This document shows positions 29,401 to 38,646 of a stretch of 62,525 bases of DNA, one piece after another; position 1 is the stretch's first letter; each line of letters opens with the position of its first letter. The stretch lies in IMG/VR virus record IMGVR_UViG_3300020172_002336, positions 1 through 62,525 of that record; one strand, 5' to 3'. The position numbers and the translations under genes are program-made. Below the pieces are notes generated by a model, which was not told the DNA's origin, made no database searches, and saw only the letters and a list, made by a program, of their open reading frames with translations. This DNA comes from a virus (taxonomy: Duplodnaviria > Caudoviricetes).

Positions 29401-30396
29401 GAGCGCAGTCGGTCCATCCGGGGTTAGCGCCGAAGTCTGTGCCGGGTCGGGCGCGACGCCGTCGACCGTCGCCTTCTGGGTCGCGTCTCGTGCCGTCTTC
29501 TCGTCCAGCCGCTTGGAAGCCCAGCCGCCAGCCGCGTCCCTAGCCTTGCCGAAGCCACCGCCAACGCCAGCCATGCCACCGGCAAACACACCGCCCTCCA
29601 GACCCGAGTTAGCCGCAGCACGAATAATCGGCACAGGGTCGTAGTCGACGCGCTTGCCGACGTTCATTTCGCCTTGTTGGTTGGAAACCTCCCGGCCCGC
29701 ACCTTCCAGCGCGCCGCCAAGTGCGCCTTCGCCCGTGCTGATACCAGCGCCCTTGATAACGCCGTGCTTCGCGCCCACGCCAATGGCGCGGCTAATGGGA
29801 ACGGCACCGGCAGCACCGCCAACGGCAGCGGGGACCATGCTGCCGGTGAGTATATCATCAACAAGCAGCTTGCGCGCGTACTCGACGGGGAGCCCGCGCT
29901 CCATGTATTCTGCGTACTTGGGAAAGTCCTTGAGAAGTTCTTCCTCGCTGGCCTTCTCGATACGTCCTTTCGTGTCGGAGATAAGAGAGCCAGCGCCAAG
30001 CGCGGCTCCGACGATGGGGGCTAGGGAGCCAGAAGCCACATAGGCAGCGACGGGTGCGGCAGAACTTGTCCCCTTCATCACTAAGCTGCTACCGAGGTTC
30101 TGGAATACGCTGCGTTGACCCGGCTCGGGGAAGAACGCCGCATCACGATCCTTGCGGCGTTCCTCTGGAATGTATGTGTCGATCTTGTCGCCGACATTGC
30201 GCGCCGTCTTGGCGATAGCTCCGACTATTCCATCGTCGCCGCCGACGGCTTCCCCGGCCACCTCGGCAGCGGGAGCGATGACACCACTGAATAGTCCGCT
30301 CCCAACAGCCAGCGCGGCGGATCCCGCCAAACTCCCACGGTCTACAGGCTTGTCGTCATCGGGACCGTAAAGTTGGCTGGGGATCAGAGCGGCCAT
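23461..30396 (-). CDS. Very large internal virion/DNA-ejection protein (2311 aa) with zincin motif
   Basis: Size and position at end of the late operon; Ala/Gly-rich N-terminus; HEGVHE...EHEFLAE; C-terminal hydrophobic helices. Confidence 0.75.
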   Translation of the reverse strand: MAALIPSQLYGPDDDKPVDRGSLAGSAALAVGSGLFSGVIAPAAEVAGEAVGGDDGIVGAIAKTARNVGDKIDTYIPEERRKDRDAAFFPEPGQRSVFQNLGSSLVMKGTSSAAPVAAYVASGSLAPIVGAALGAGSLISDTKGRIEKASEEELLKDFPKYAEYMERGLPVEYARKLLVDDILTGSMVPAAVGGAAGAVPISRAIGVGAKHGVIKGAGISTGEGALGGALEGAGREVSNQQGEMNVGKRVDYDPVPIIRAAANSGLEGGVFAGGMAGVGGGFGKARDAAGGWASKRLDEKTARDATQKATVDGVAPDPAQTSALTPDGPTALDTQIDAAATGSPDALKPPGAATAPDPNVPPPATTPTPPPAGPSEAVVNAIHTVATKRMRATEIHDAVKVLLGDDAPPPTEIVGILTAMRTSGELTRTANGYKTERKVAKTPPLVRTPITEATEAAKPPSPVETKVNVPGDEPSAVAAGVADVIKSPEAVETKANVPGDQPSAAALTVPVTPEGNAGVATTAAVNKPYSDERVAGMSRLAAGFARKVNAKYDVIAETQGRDAAEAWAAGFHKRINDPNGKFARSVKALGEAVDTMNAGVADRSARITAAGEALTGKTAPTTKLDTQRAPKSLHGEVPAADALAAPVKQVSDVKAKIAASAAKKAGTLTAKVAPKVEGETKTGAKVVRKKIPLTAEDIKVRTAIKAKLPGEGSDETARKVATIVKTNMARETAAFAELTKLQDEAAAKASAEAKASGKPSTFKRTELPPETPEARLERHVDNALAQHRENEADNKRTKRNIQKDDNETAAEEVARDTWTDENNKPRDKELADEARKALGGDGDARRSIIHRINNMLVVAAQKHVQIARAGFRTDQPEANNTTPWRKYLYNADKFNAKVKSALNEKDPAEKARRLNEAFTEFLPLDHEMRGGRDALTKETVTPKGKVEIEAEVKRLAAEQGEDASAETAATRKIKPGEKVVSARDALDDLAVKDDADVDVKERVDEGNAKVLTASERAAQTRQNMDTLRKNLEAGTVASTKVTLKEHLNGLGSPGDGPGDKALAAAVKRKLLDQGGDSIVHIVPDAVWDANGLEDVGGAQYRNNDPAKPGIIILPKRWSRDPLVVIHEGVHEITSRAVDLDLSFRADVRKLMDHVLEKIPEFRREYGFHNEHEFLAETAANPEFRDILRGVNLDKPVVTRWGIARTAWDKLIDMTFKLLGLKSMHEFNSLEMAMRAVGEGMAIDSSIKKPAEIRNDIRALSAASANLRVSPREYFEARIPAKIDWKLRSQRVLDKFASVVQMTNNSDHLFGADRPARQLAEAMGKMSTMKNKILSERAEPLIKNMSQAQRKFDQRTNGRSQWTDFAELAHDASRAGVHPDEVVSNQFKTDSPGNWYQMEIHKDLSARYEKMPQELKDLFHEATAYFRETQNQMSLGLIRNALKAASSDGRGSEALAQRIFNKKLTDADKIVLGKDGLLSSIQKAGALTRVEGPYVPFMRRGDFVVTARHEVEAPAGARRINDEEAPDAKGNTYEFKTEKAAKTFVQKTLVERGLRPTEVSKVGVDPVTESHYRLDAEGKKKPISIKEEPNAEARWRVTIEPKHVEFHEQASAAAESRQGLIDKGLRDVTHVDVKKLDPAQMNDAFMPLQMQRLLNGLQKREGFKRLDKTAQDELVRQLREAGIASMGSTRAQSHRLPRNNILGYSDDILKNTGVYASSTAGYLARLRYRPEVDAALKKMTDYTERMTHAGNNEYLPAERRQRLNELTKRAHAMNDTDVDTLFHRATNRLLQLSYLDKLASPAFHVINSSEPWTVTLPLLAARHGMLPTIKSLSSAYNLIGGRTIVGAGLRDTYRAGKSGHNADLTDYQSTLTQRVAKDAEHGDGLVKLFNHLHDVGLMSRDAGMELSRITDMSTSRTGRAIDRADLMARQVGAAVESVNRAVTATAAYKMERKKGASHDKAMEYAVEQVHDAMKDYAAWNAPPIFNHPVGRLALQFKKYAQGTYYLLGKTAIASFRGDKQAMKTFAYLMATHMVTAGALGMPLEPIRLGLMAAGLLGITDKTYEDFEQGVRAGAANVFGVEGGQIFSRGVARWAGIDLASRVSFNSLLTSGQDPKSMKSDDLWAWLAKNLAGAPTALLFDGVQGFQALAKGDVVEASRLLLPLKIWADSVQAYQWHTEGRKSPSGRQQMEPVSMGDAIIKAAGFTPGDVAERNEKTFAIKGDQRQFKAAREKLSNDWINASPDEKTAMWREITKWNSDQPDNAKIKLGDLMDQKRRRDLEKLSTDRADGMNFSKRDRHLRAATDYYNVPITR

Positions 30397-30416
30397 GGCG
30401 ATACTCTATACGAGTT

Positions 30417-33400
30417 TCACGGATTGTAATACCGATTAGGTTGTAGCGCGCGATTTCGTATCGCGTCCACTGCTCCGCTCGGTTCTCTCGCCTGCTGCTT
30501 GGCTTTCACCTTCTCGGACCAATTATCCACGCCCTTCAACACCCTGCCGGGGAATTGATTGATGGCCCCTTGAGCTCTGAAAAGGTCCATGGTGAAGCTA
30601 CCGTCCTCGACCTTTCCGGGGAGTTTACTGAGCGCATCACCCAGCGGTTTGACCGCGTCGCCCCATGTCCGTCCCGCAGGCTTGGTCTTCTCTTTAAGCA
30701 AATGGTCGCGGTACCGCTCAGTGATCCGGTTGATCTTGGTGTACGCGCCGGGGCGAATGTGGACCTCGACACTATCGTCGTTCTTGAGACGCACGACGAT
30801 GTTACCTGCGCGGTCACGGCCGACAGGCATGAACTGACGTTCCTTCTGTTCCGTGCCGGGCGTCGTCAACTCAGCGATCATGCGCGCCGTCATGGCCGGG
30901 GTCATGTTGCGGTTGCTGGTGAACAGGTTCGTAGCGAGTTCTTTCAGTTCCTCAGGCTTGGCGACTTCTTCGGGCGCGTTCCAAACCGACGGGCGCACGG
31001 TACCGTCCTTGGCTTTACTACCGCGTAGGGTCTCAGCGTGCACCGTGATTTCCGCAGGGAGTTCTTGAAGCTCACGCGTCGTCAGCGATCGGTCATAGAC
31101 GCGCTTCGCCTCGGCGGCACTAAGTGCCTGCTCGCGATTGAAGGCGTCGCGATGTTCTTTTTCGAACGACTTCTTACCAGTCTCCCACGCCTTGATCTGG
31201 TTATTGTACTCGCGCTCCATGCTCTGAACGCGGGCAAGTTCCTGCGGCCCGACCTTGTTCTTCGTATTGGCCGCGACCCACTTGCGGAAGCCCTCATCCT
31301 GCAGGACTTTCGAGTAAGGGTTACTCCCCTCAAACTTGGTGCCGACGAGCTTCGCACCGGGATGCGTTTCTTCGTATTTTGGCGGCTTGAACACGGGGGC
31401 GGATGTCCGCTTGCCGTCATGGACGAGTTCGTCCGGCACAGCCTCGTTATCCATGATGCTGTAGTACCGGCCGTCCTTACCCTTGAAGACCTGATAGCCA
31501 GCCTTGTTCTCGCCTTCGATTGTCTTGGCCCACGTTTCATGGCCGCGACCTTTAAAAAGCAGGCCAGAGTTCGGGTCGCGGGACGGCCAGTGGCCTGTCT
31601 CGTCAGGCTTCAAGCCAGCGGCTTTGGCGCTCTCGTAATCGTAATCCTTGCCGTCCGGGTCAAACTTCGCAGGCGCAGCGGGCTTACCCGCGGGGGTAAC
31701 AGGCTGCGGAGCGGAAGCTGGGGCGGACTTGTTAACCCGCAGGACGCTGTCAGGCGGCGGCCCGGACGACGTCGGCGCGGCGGCGGGGGTAGTCGCGGGC
31801 GTGTCGCCCGGCGTCGAGCCAGCCTGACGCGCGGTCGGCCGGTTGAGACGCATCGGGCTAGCAGGCGGCAACTGCGGACCGTCGCCGCCGCCCTCTTGGA
31901 CTTCGTCCGTCCCTTGCATGGCCGGGCTGACCGCGGCGGTCTGTACGTCGGGGTCCGGATCGCCGTCTGCAGTAGGTGCCTCGCTGACCTGTGCGGGCGA
32001 GGCGGGCTGGCTACCCTCCCCGCCCGGATTAGGGTTTGGAGGAGCAGTCCCTGTGGCCCGCTGTAGCTCGGAAAGGATGCCCGCGACGGGCGACACTGGG
32101 GCAGGCGCGGCCGGACCGCCCTTGCCGCCCATCTTCGCCTTCACGGCTTCGGTGCGGGCTTTGAGGTTCTCGATGCGCGCCTTGTCGAGTTCGGTCGGCT
32201 CTTTGGCCTTGTTCTTCCCAACCGAGTTGGCGCGCTGGTTCAGGATGTCCCAGAACAAGCTTTTGTTGCTCAAGCCGAGAGCGGCCTGCAGCAAGTTCTG
32301 CGGCGTGATCGTGTATTGGTCGACCGGCTTGCCGTCGTCACCGCGGATGATAGCCGTCTTGCCATCGGGCGAGATCACCATGTGGTTGCCGTCGGGGACC
32401 TGCGAGTAGGCGCGAGCCACGAGCCGTTTTGCGCCTTCGATGTCGCCAGCGGCGAGGGCTGCCTTGGCCTGCGTTCCGAACTCGCTCGACTTGACGGCCG
32501 AGTATTGGATGATTTCGAACGCGGCCTTGTTCGCCTTTTCCGTCTGGCCAGTCTGCACGAAGTGTTCGTAGACGAGGTTTAGACGACGTAGGGCGACGAT
32601 GCTGTCGCGCACGTTCGGATCCGCCGCGAGCAGCTTCTTATCAGGAGCCGTCTCGGCAGCGATCTTGTTGATTCCTTGCACGAGTTCTTCGGGGGCAGCG
32701 CCAGTCCCGTTAAGGAACGCCATGCGGCCACCAGCCGAGTGGGGATCCTCGGTACCGATGGCGTCGATCTTCGTGCCTTTGAGATGGAACGTGTCGTTGG
32801 CGTATTCCATCGCGCCGTTGATCGCCATCCGGATCATGTTGTCCGGATCGTCCTTGTCCAGCACAGGGTCGTACGCCTCGGTACGAGTCTGGTCGCGGAG
32901 CGCCTTGCGCTTGCCCTTCGTGCCGCCCGTCGAGTTACCTGCGGGGACAACGGCAGGCGCAGCTTCTGAGCGAGCCGGGACGGCACCGCGAGCTACGCTG
33001 GCCGGGGTGTCTCCAAAGGTCGGGACGCCTTCATAAGGCACGACGTTGGGATCACGTACGTCGAACCGTTCGATCGGCTCGACGGGCGTGGTTACAGCAG
33101 GGGCGGGCGGGGCGACAGGCGGTGCACCCGGAGCAACGGTCTGCACGTCAGCGGGCGGGGCCTCTATGGGCTCGACCGGAACGCTATACTGCGGCATCGG
33201 GGAATGGTCGGCCCCGAGTGCCCGCATGCGATCGACGACGCCACCTTCCTGATACCCCGGAACATTGTCTTCGGTTTCCGACGTTTCAGCCGCATACCTC
33301 GGCGGCTCGTCGAGGGTGCCAGTGTTCGGGTCGAGCGGCATCTGGTAAATAGTGCCGTCGCTCCTGCCACCGCCCGACGTGCCACCACCAATGCCAATGG

Positions 33401-33635
33401 CGTTACCGATACGCGCCAACATGCCGGGCGGCTTACCGAGCGGGGTCACACCGGGCGGGAGAGCGCCGTGCTTTTTCCTGTAGTTTTCGTCGATCACGGA
33501 TCCGCTAGGGGCACCGTTGCTGCCCTTGTTCCGAGCCATTTCTTCGTATGCGTTCGTGCGTCGGCGTTCGGTGTCGATGCGATTGATCGCGCCAAACGCA
33601 CCGATAGCTTCTTTGATTTCACGACCGAGCGACAT
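30417..33635 (-). CDS. Internal virion/ejection protein (1072 aa, Pro/Ala-rich)
   Basis: Long ORF coupled to neighbours in ejection-protein position. Confidence 0.65.
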   Translation of the reverse strand: MSLGREIKEAIGAFGAINRIDTERRRTNAYEEMARNKGSNGAPSGSVIDENYRKKHGALPPGVTPLGKPPGMLARIGNAIGIGGGTSGGGRSDGTIYQMPLDPNTGTLDEPPRYAAETSETEDNVPGYQEGGVVDRMRALGADHSPMPQYSVPVEPIEAPPADVQTVAPGAPPVAPPAPAVTTPVEPIERFDVRDPNVVPYEGVPTFGDTPASVARGAVPARSEAAPAVVPAGNSTGGTKGKRKALRDQTRTEAYDPVLDKDDPDNMIRMAINGAMEYANDTFHLKGTKIDAIGTEDPHSAGGRMAFLNGTGAAPEELVQGINKIAAETAPDKKLLAADPNVRDSIVALRRLNLVYEHFVQTGQTEKANKAAFEIIQYSAVKSSEFGTQAKAALAAGDIEGAKRLVARAYSQVPDGNHMVISPDGKTAIIRGDDGKPVDQYTITPQNLLQAALGLSNKSLFWDILNQRANSVGKNKAKEPTELDKARIENLKARTEAVKAKMGGKGGPAAPAPVSPVAGILSELQRATGTAPPNPNPGGEGSQPASPAQVSEAPTADGDPDPDVQTAAVSPAMQGTDEVQEGGGDGPQLPPASPMRLNRPTARQAGSTPGDTPATTPAAAPTSSGPPPDSVLRVNKSAPASAPQPVTPAGKPAAPAKFDPDGKDYDYESAKAAGLKPDETGHWPSRDPNSGLLFKGRGHETWAKTIEGENKAGYQVFKGKDGRYYSIMDNEAVPDELVHDGKRTSAPVFKPPKYEETHPGAKLVGTKFEGSNPYSKVLQDEGFRKWVAANTKNKVGPQELARVQSMEREYNNQIKAWETGKKSFEKEHRDAFNREQALSAAEAKRVYDRSLTTRELQELPAEITVHAETLRGSKAKDGTVRPSVWNAPEEVAKPEELKELATNLFTSNRNMTPAMTARMIAELTTPGTEQKERQFMPVGRDRAGNIVVRLKNDDSVEVHIRPGAYTKINRITERYRDHLLKEKTKPAGRTWGDAVKPLGDALSKLPGKVEDGSFTMDLFRAQGAINQFPGRVLKGVDNWSEKVKAKQQAREPSGAVDAIRNRALQPNRYYNP

Positions 33636-35014
33636 TACGCAGCCCTCCGCATCGAGTTCCCGAGGGCCATGGAGGCGTGGACCGGCACCGCGCCGTGCTG
33701 CATCGCGCCCGGCGACACGAACGTCGGTCGCTGGGCGTTGCCCGGCATCGGCTTGGACTTCGGCTTAGCCGGTGCGCCAGCGCGCTCCTCGTCCGCCTTG
33801 GCGATCATCTTCTGGAAGTGCTTCTCGCCGTGCCACTGCACCGCGCGCCTCGGAATGACCATCTCGCCGACCTCAAGAGCGGCAGGCACGGTGTCTCCCG
33901 TAGCGCGCGGGTTGATGCTGGCGTGGTGCGGCACCATCGAGCCGGGGGTCTGGCTCTGTCCGGCGCTGGGGAACGAGCGGCCGGGCACGGCCCCGCCCTC
34001 GGACATGTGCGGCACGGCCTTGTCGTAGTTGACCATCTTGTAGCCACTCGGGTGCGTGCGCACCGCCTCAGGATGCTTCTTCTCGACTTCCTGCGCGATG
34101 AGGCCCCGCATTTTGACCGGGTCACCCTTATAGTTGAACTCGTAGATGGTCTGGCCATCCTTGGTCTTACCCACCGGCTTGAGGTTCTCCTTGAGGCGCT
34201 TGTCGGAAAACGCCATCGAAGCCAAGCCAATGCCAGCGCCGATAATCGAGCCAACGCCCGAGGACGAGTTATCTTGCGCGCTCCAGCCAGCGAGACTGTC
34301 ACGGTAGCCCATGCTCGTGGTCTGGGCCGAGTTCATCAATGACTGGTTGCCCAGTCCTGCGTACCCGATGCCGTTGCCCAGAGCGGGCATGAACGTGCCC
34401 GTGGTCTGGTTGCCGACGCTAGAGCCGCCAGTGCCCGACTGGTTGGCCGTGCCGTACTGCTGCGCGACCTGACCCGGGTAACCGCGCCCGACATTGATCG
34501 CCTCAGACCGCAGGGCGTTGGCCTGTTGGTCGATGAGGACGTCGCTGTTGTTCTGAGCGCCAGCCATAGAGGCCGCACGCGCCAGCTTGGCACCGCGGTT
34601 GATCGCCCCCATGCGCAGATCGCTCGGGTTGACACCGAAGCCCTGTAGCTGACGAGTTGCCGCTGCATCGGCCGCGTCGAAGCCCTGCCCCACCGTAGCG
34701 GCGGCACGGGCGCGCATGACGCCCTTGCGCTCCTCACTGTCCCAGTTCTGGGCGCGCTCGGCCTGTTCCTGCTCGATCGGCTGGTAGATCTCCTCGTAGC
34801 GAGCCCGGTCTTTCTTCGCCGTGGCGGCGTTGGTCTCCATGTTATCGGCCATGGTCGCCATGACACGCTGGCTGTACGGTTTGATGTCGGCGTACTGTTC
34901 CTTGGCCCACGCCAACTGCTCGCGCGAAATCGCGTTCTGCTCGGCGGCAGCGGCGCGCTGCGCACTGGCGATGGGTTCGTAATTGGGGGCCGCTGGGGCG
35001 CTGGAACCGCTCAA
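33635..35014 (-). CDS. Internal virion protein with peptidase S74 (intramolecular chaperone)-like domain
   Basis: FSDKRLKENL..VG...IYEFNYK...GLIAQEVEK.HPEAV...GYKMVNY; SAPAAPNY N-terminus; TTG start. Confidence 0.75.
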   Translation of the reverse strand: MSGSSAPAAPNYEPIASAQRAAAAEQNAISREQLAWAKEQYADIKPYSQRVMATMADNMETNAATAKKDRARYEEIYQPIEQEQAERAQNWDSEERKGVMRARAAATVGQGFDAADAAATRQLQGFGVNPSDLRMGAINRGAKLARAASMAGAQNNSDVLIDQQANALRSEAINVGRGYPGQVAQQYGTANQSGTGGSSVGNQTTGTFMPALGNGIGYAGLGNQSLMNSAQTTSMGYRDSLAGWSAQDNSSSGVGSIIGAGIGLASMAFSDKRLKENLKPVGKTKDGQTIYEFNYKGDPVKMRGLIAQEVEKKHPEAVRTHPSGYKMVNYDKAVPHMSEGGAVPGRSFPSAGQSQTPGSMVPHHASINPRATGDTVPAALEVGEMVIPRRAVQWHGEKHFQKMIAKADEERAGAPAKPKSKPMPGNAQRPTFVSPGAMQHGAVPVHASMALGNSMRRAA

Positions 35015-35475
35015 GATGTCGCTCCCGAAACGAAGGCTGGCTTCAAATTAAGCCAACGACAGTCTGCACGATACATCGAAAATATAATCAAGTCACCCCC
35101 TACTACTGCCCCGGGGAGACGGGTTTGTTCCTTGAACCCGATCTTTTTGTCGAACTTTATGGCCTTTTCGTTGGTGCTTTCGACCGGGCCGTAGATGACG
35201 TCGACCCCAAGCTGATTGAAGCAGTAGTCGAAAATGACCCACAAAAACGCTCGGGTGAGCCAGTCGGGCTCAAACGCGGCGACGTGCATCTGCACGGACC
35301 TGTGCAGAAAGCCGTCGATCATGACGCCCCCCAGCAGCTTACCCCCACGGGTAACGGCGATACACCGATCGAACCCCACCCTAAACGGCTGATCTGGATT
35401 GAGCGCCCGGCAAATCAGTTCGCCGTCCCAAGGATCGTCGAACCGGATCTCTTTTAGAAGTTCAGCTTCTGCCAT
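35011..35475 (-). CDS. GNAT-family acetyltransferase of the virion module
   Basis: LLGGV, WLTRAFL..IFDYCFNQLG, N.KAIKF..KIGFK. Confidence 0.82.
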   Translation of the reverse strand: MAEAELLKEIRFDDPWDGELICRALNPDQPFRVGFDRCIAVTRGGKLLGGVMIDGFLHRSVQMHVAAFEPDWLTRAFLWVIFDYCFNQLGVDVIYGPVESTNEKAIKFDKKIGFKEQTRLPGAVVGGDLIIFSMYRADCRWLNLKPAFVSGATS

Positions 35476-35720
35476 GTGGTGCCGGTCCAAACACTCATTA
35501 CGTCAACCTCGCCCGCCAGCATGGCTGGTCGGGTCCATGTGTCGCCCACCTTGGACGCCACGGGGGCGTCGCGCTGGAAGAACATCTGGGTAGCCCATCC
35601 GTTCGGACCCGACTGCCCTATCAACGTCTCGACGGCGAGCTTCAACGCCGCGAACGCTTTCAGCATAGTCTCGGGATCCGTCGCCGGGTCAGGGAGGTCG
35701 GGGTATATCTGCCGCGCCAT
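35454..35720 (-). CDS. Hypothetical virion protein
   Basis: TGATG coupling within late operon. Confidence 0.65.
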   Translation of the reverse strand: MARQIYPDLPDPATDPETMLKAFAALKLAVETLIGQSGPNGWATQMFFQRDAPVASKVGDTWTRPAMLAGEVDVMSVWTGTTWQKLNF

Positions 35721-37453
35721 CAGGCTTCCTTGAGTTCTTTAGCGGTCGAAGCGAAGTGAGCCTGAGTGATGAGTTGATTACCCTCAAACTCGAATTGGTA
35801 GTTGTCGTACTGCGTCCCGACAGGGAGCCGGAACATCGTGCCCGAAGCGGGCAACGTCACCGTGTGGATCAGGTATCCTTCGGCGTAAACCCTCAGCACA
35901 GTCGACGGCGAGGCAACTCCATCAGGGGCCTCGTAGTACACTTTGCCCGCACCGAAGTTGGTCGGACGCTTCATCTGGTACACTTTGGAGCGCCAGATGT
36001 AAGTCCCGTGGGCTTGGTCAGAAGACAGGTCCAACTGGTAGACGCCGCGGTTCCGGATAATCAGAACTTCGTCGGACCACGAGTCCTTAAAGATGTTGTA
36101 CGTCGGCGTCGACTGCAGCAGGGTCGACACTGCAACCCGCGGGTCTTCGACGTCAATCATCACGCCGCCGAGTGTGGCCGACACGTAGACTACGTCAAAC
36201 GCAGTTGTTTCGAACGCCGTGGCTTCGAACGCACCAAGGCTCGCTCCAGCGTAGGCGATGTACGCTTTCTGGAGCATCGCCGCACTGACGTTCGCCAACA
36301 CAAGAAGTTCCTGCCAGCGCGTCTTGGAGATTATCTTGTACGTCGCAACGGATTGAGTGTTCGGGCCGATGAGCACCAACCCCGACTGGCTCGCGTAGTA
36401 CACGCCTTCTTGGGCAGACACGACGCTGCCCGCGGACACGCATGGCTCGGGCAAGCCGGACAGTCGCACCAGCGACATACTCGACGGATGCACGCCAGAG
36501 CACATGTACGGCACGCCGGTAGTGGCGATCACCGCTGTCTGGCCGTACACGCCGACACCAACGATATTAAACTCGGTGGAGATCTGGTAGCTGCTGGGCC
36601 ACGCGTGAGGCCGGTACGGCTCGCAGAACCAGAGCCGATTTTCCTCCCAACCGATAATCATGCCGTTTGGCATGTTCACGAACCCGACAAGGTTTGTGGG
36701 CGGCGGGTCGTACTCATGCGACGTGAGTTCTTCGTTGAGCACGACCACTGCCGACGACTGAGTATCGGCGTATACTAGCGTCGCGATAGGCAGTTCCGTC
36801 ACAAAGAAATACGTCGCGATGCCCTGATCCGACGTGATGGTCCTGTAGATGCGCGTCAGGGTCAGATTACGGTCGGTGGCGTCACTTCCAACGGCCGCCA
36901 CCGTTACCGTCCACGTATCGTCCACCCTGCCAGTGGTGACTATAGAAGGCTCGCTCGGGGGGCCTTCCTCTCCGAACGCCGAAACATGCGTGTAGACGTA
37001 CGCCCGCGTCTCCATCGTCGCTGACACGCCACCGGCAACGCCGATAGTAGGAGCAACGCTGGGAGAAGGGATCCCAAGCACGAGGTCCGTGGTAGCCACG
37101 GCTATACGGGAGCGGGAGTTGTATCTCGGCGGCGCGGTTCCGTTAGCCCAATAGTACAACGGATCGTTGGCGTTATTAACCGCGCCGTGGACGATTTTTG
37201 TATTGGGGTTGTCGAACTCGACCCAATAACTGTCGGCGATGTTGGTAGCGTCTCCGAGACGCCTCGGGACGCGATGCACCATGCGGGTGGATGAATTAAG
37301 CGAAGACCGCACAAGCAGGGGTGCTCGCATCCCCGTCAGCTTACCGTCGTAGACCCATGTGTTTTGCGCAAGCGCAGCATTCTGGTCCGGCAGGAGACGG
37401 TCGTCCACTGCCGGTACCATTCCGCCAAACGCTTTGATCGCAATAAGGGCCAT
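35720..37453 (-). CDS. Tail nozzle / DNA stabilisation protein
   Basis: FGGM.P..D.RLLP...A..AQN, RAYVYT.VS.FGEEGPPS, CEPYRPHAWP, WRSK; beta-rich. Confidence 0.75.
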   Translation of the reverse strand: MALIAIKAFGGMVPAVDDRLLPDQNAALAQNTWVYDGKLTGMRAPLLVRSSLNSSTRMVHRVPRRLGDATNIADSYWVEFDNPNTKIVHGAVNNANDPLYYWANGTAPPRYNSRSRIAVATTDLVLGIPSPSVAPTIGVAGGVSATMETRAYVYTHVSAFGEEGPPSEPSIVTTGRVDDTWTVTVAAVGSDATDRNLTLTRIYRTITSDQGIATYFFVTELPIATLVYADTQSSAVVVLNEELTSHEYDPPPTNLVGFVNMPNGMIIGWEENRLWFCEPYRPHAWPSSYQISTEFNIVGVGVYGQTAVIATTGVPYMCSGVHPSSMSLVRLSGLPEPCVSAGSVVSAQEGVYYASQSGLVLIGPNTQSVATYKIISKTRWQELLVLANVSAAMLQKAYIAYAGASLGAFEATAFETTAFDVVYVSATLGGVMIDVEDPRVAVSTLLQSTPTYNIFKDSWSDEVLIIRNRGVYQLDLSSDQAHGTYIWRSKVYQMKRPTNFGAGKVYYEAPDGVASPSTVLRVYAEGYLIHTVTLPASGTMFRLPVGTQYDNYQFEFEGNQLITQAHFASTAKELKEA

Positions 37454-37475
37454 ACAGCGTTACCCCCGCGGGTTA

Positions 37476-37964
37476 TTACCTGCCCTCAGTATAGGACAGA
37501 TCGTCCGCGGCCGCAGCACTTCCTTGGGCTTGCCGCTTGGCGTTCTCGCTGGCGGTGATCTCGCGGTTGCGAATGCTCTCCGCGGTGCGCCGGGCGACGC
37601 CTGCACGCCCAGCTTCCTGTTCGGCAAGGGTGCGCGCCAGCAGTGAATGCGAGATGCCCGCCTCGTTGGTGGCCGGGGCGATCGGCTCGGGCAGGGGATT
37701 GGCGGCGGGAGCGGGGGCGACGTCCACCAGCTTGCCCTGCGCTTCAAGCACCATGTCCTCGAAGCCGAGCGGCTTGTCGCTCGTCAGGGTGCGCGAGATG
37801 CTCTCGGTGGTCACTTCCGGCGCAAGCGTAATGTACTCTGCCTGAACAGGTTCCGCCATTGCACCGACAAGAGCCAACGGATCGGCCACGTCAGGAGCAG
37901 CAGGAACAGCAGGAGCAGGAGCATGAGAAAAAGGCGTAGCAGAACGCTTTTGGACACGGGACAT
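37476..37964 (-). CDS. Hypothetical protein
   Basis: GGAGGT SD within palindrome 37966. Confidence 0.65.
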   Translation of the reverse strand: MSRVQKRSATPFSHAPAPAVPAAPDVADPLALVGAMAEPVQAEYITLAPEVTTESISRTLTSDKPLGFEDMVLEAQGKLVDVAPAPAANPLPEPIAPATNEAGISHSLLARTLAEQEAGRAGVARRTAESIRNREITASENAKRQAQGSAAAADDLSYTEGR

Positions 37965-37983
37965 ATTACCTCCGGGGGTTATT

Positions 37984-38202
37984 TCACTTCAAACAGGCGC
38001 GTGCGCCTGCTCGTAGCTGTGCGTAGTCTGGCATGAAGTAGCCGCGGATCATACCGTCTTTCGGGAGGACCAACAACTCGTCGGCGGCACGGACTTGTTC
38101 AGCGTCCGTCCATTCTGTCACGCGTGGACAGGCGCTAGAACGTCCCGTCGCGCAAGCTGCGGTCAACAGCATCAGGAGTACGGGGAGCACGCTTTTGGGC
38201 AT
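37984..38202 (-). CDS. o-spanin (Rz1-like lipoprotein)
   Basis: Lipobox LLTAAC; overlaps the i-spanin 3' end. Confidence 0.75.
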   Translation of the reverse strand: MPKSVLPVLLMLLTAACATGRSSACPRVTEWTDAEQVRAADELLVLPKDGMIRGYFMPDYAQLRAGARACLK

Positions 38203-38374
38203 CGTCGATCTTTCCCTGCGTTTCGATGGTAGCCTTGAAATCTTCGGTGATTACGTCGTTTGCACCAGCTTCATACACCGACGACGTGTACCACACGATG
38301 GCTGCCAAGCCAGCCGCGCACGCGACTACGATCAGGCCGTTGCGCGAGAATAAGAACGCCAAAAAAGCCGTCAT
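38135..38374 (-). CDS. i-spanin (Rz-like)
   Basis: N-terminal TM helix, periplasmic tail ending LRDGTF, in lysis cassette. Confidence 0.72.
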   Translation of the reverse strand: MTAFLAFLFSRNGLIVVACAAGLAAIVWYTSSVYEAGANDVITEDFKATIETQGKIDDAQKRAPRTPDAVDRSLRDGTF

Positions 38375-38646
38375 GGAAGTTTCTCGGCGGCGAGGGCAGC
38401 AGCCTTCGCGATCACTTCGTCCTTCTTCTGGCTGCCGCTACTACTCCCTGTCCAGTATGCGACCACGCCGATGAACGCCGTCAGCAGCCCGCCGAACAAC
38501 ACATTGGCCAGATCTTTCGATCCGGCCGGGATCTCAAAAAAGAACACAGCGATGCAGACGGCGGTGAAGCCGAGCACGACGATGAGGCTAATCAGTACAG
38601 CCCCAATGATCGCGATTCGGTCTCGCCAGTCAATCGGGACGCTCAC
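38371..38646 (-). CDS. Holin-like protein (2 TM)
   Basis: Two hydrophobic helices then YWTGSSSGSQKKD. Confidence 0.75.
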   Translation of the reverse strand: MSVPIDWRDRIAIIGAVLISLIVVLGFTAVCIAVFFFEIPAGSKDLANVLFGGLLTAFIGVVAYWTGSSSGSQKKDEVIAKAAALAAEKLP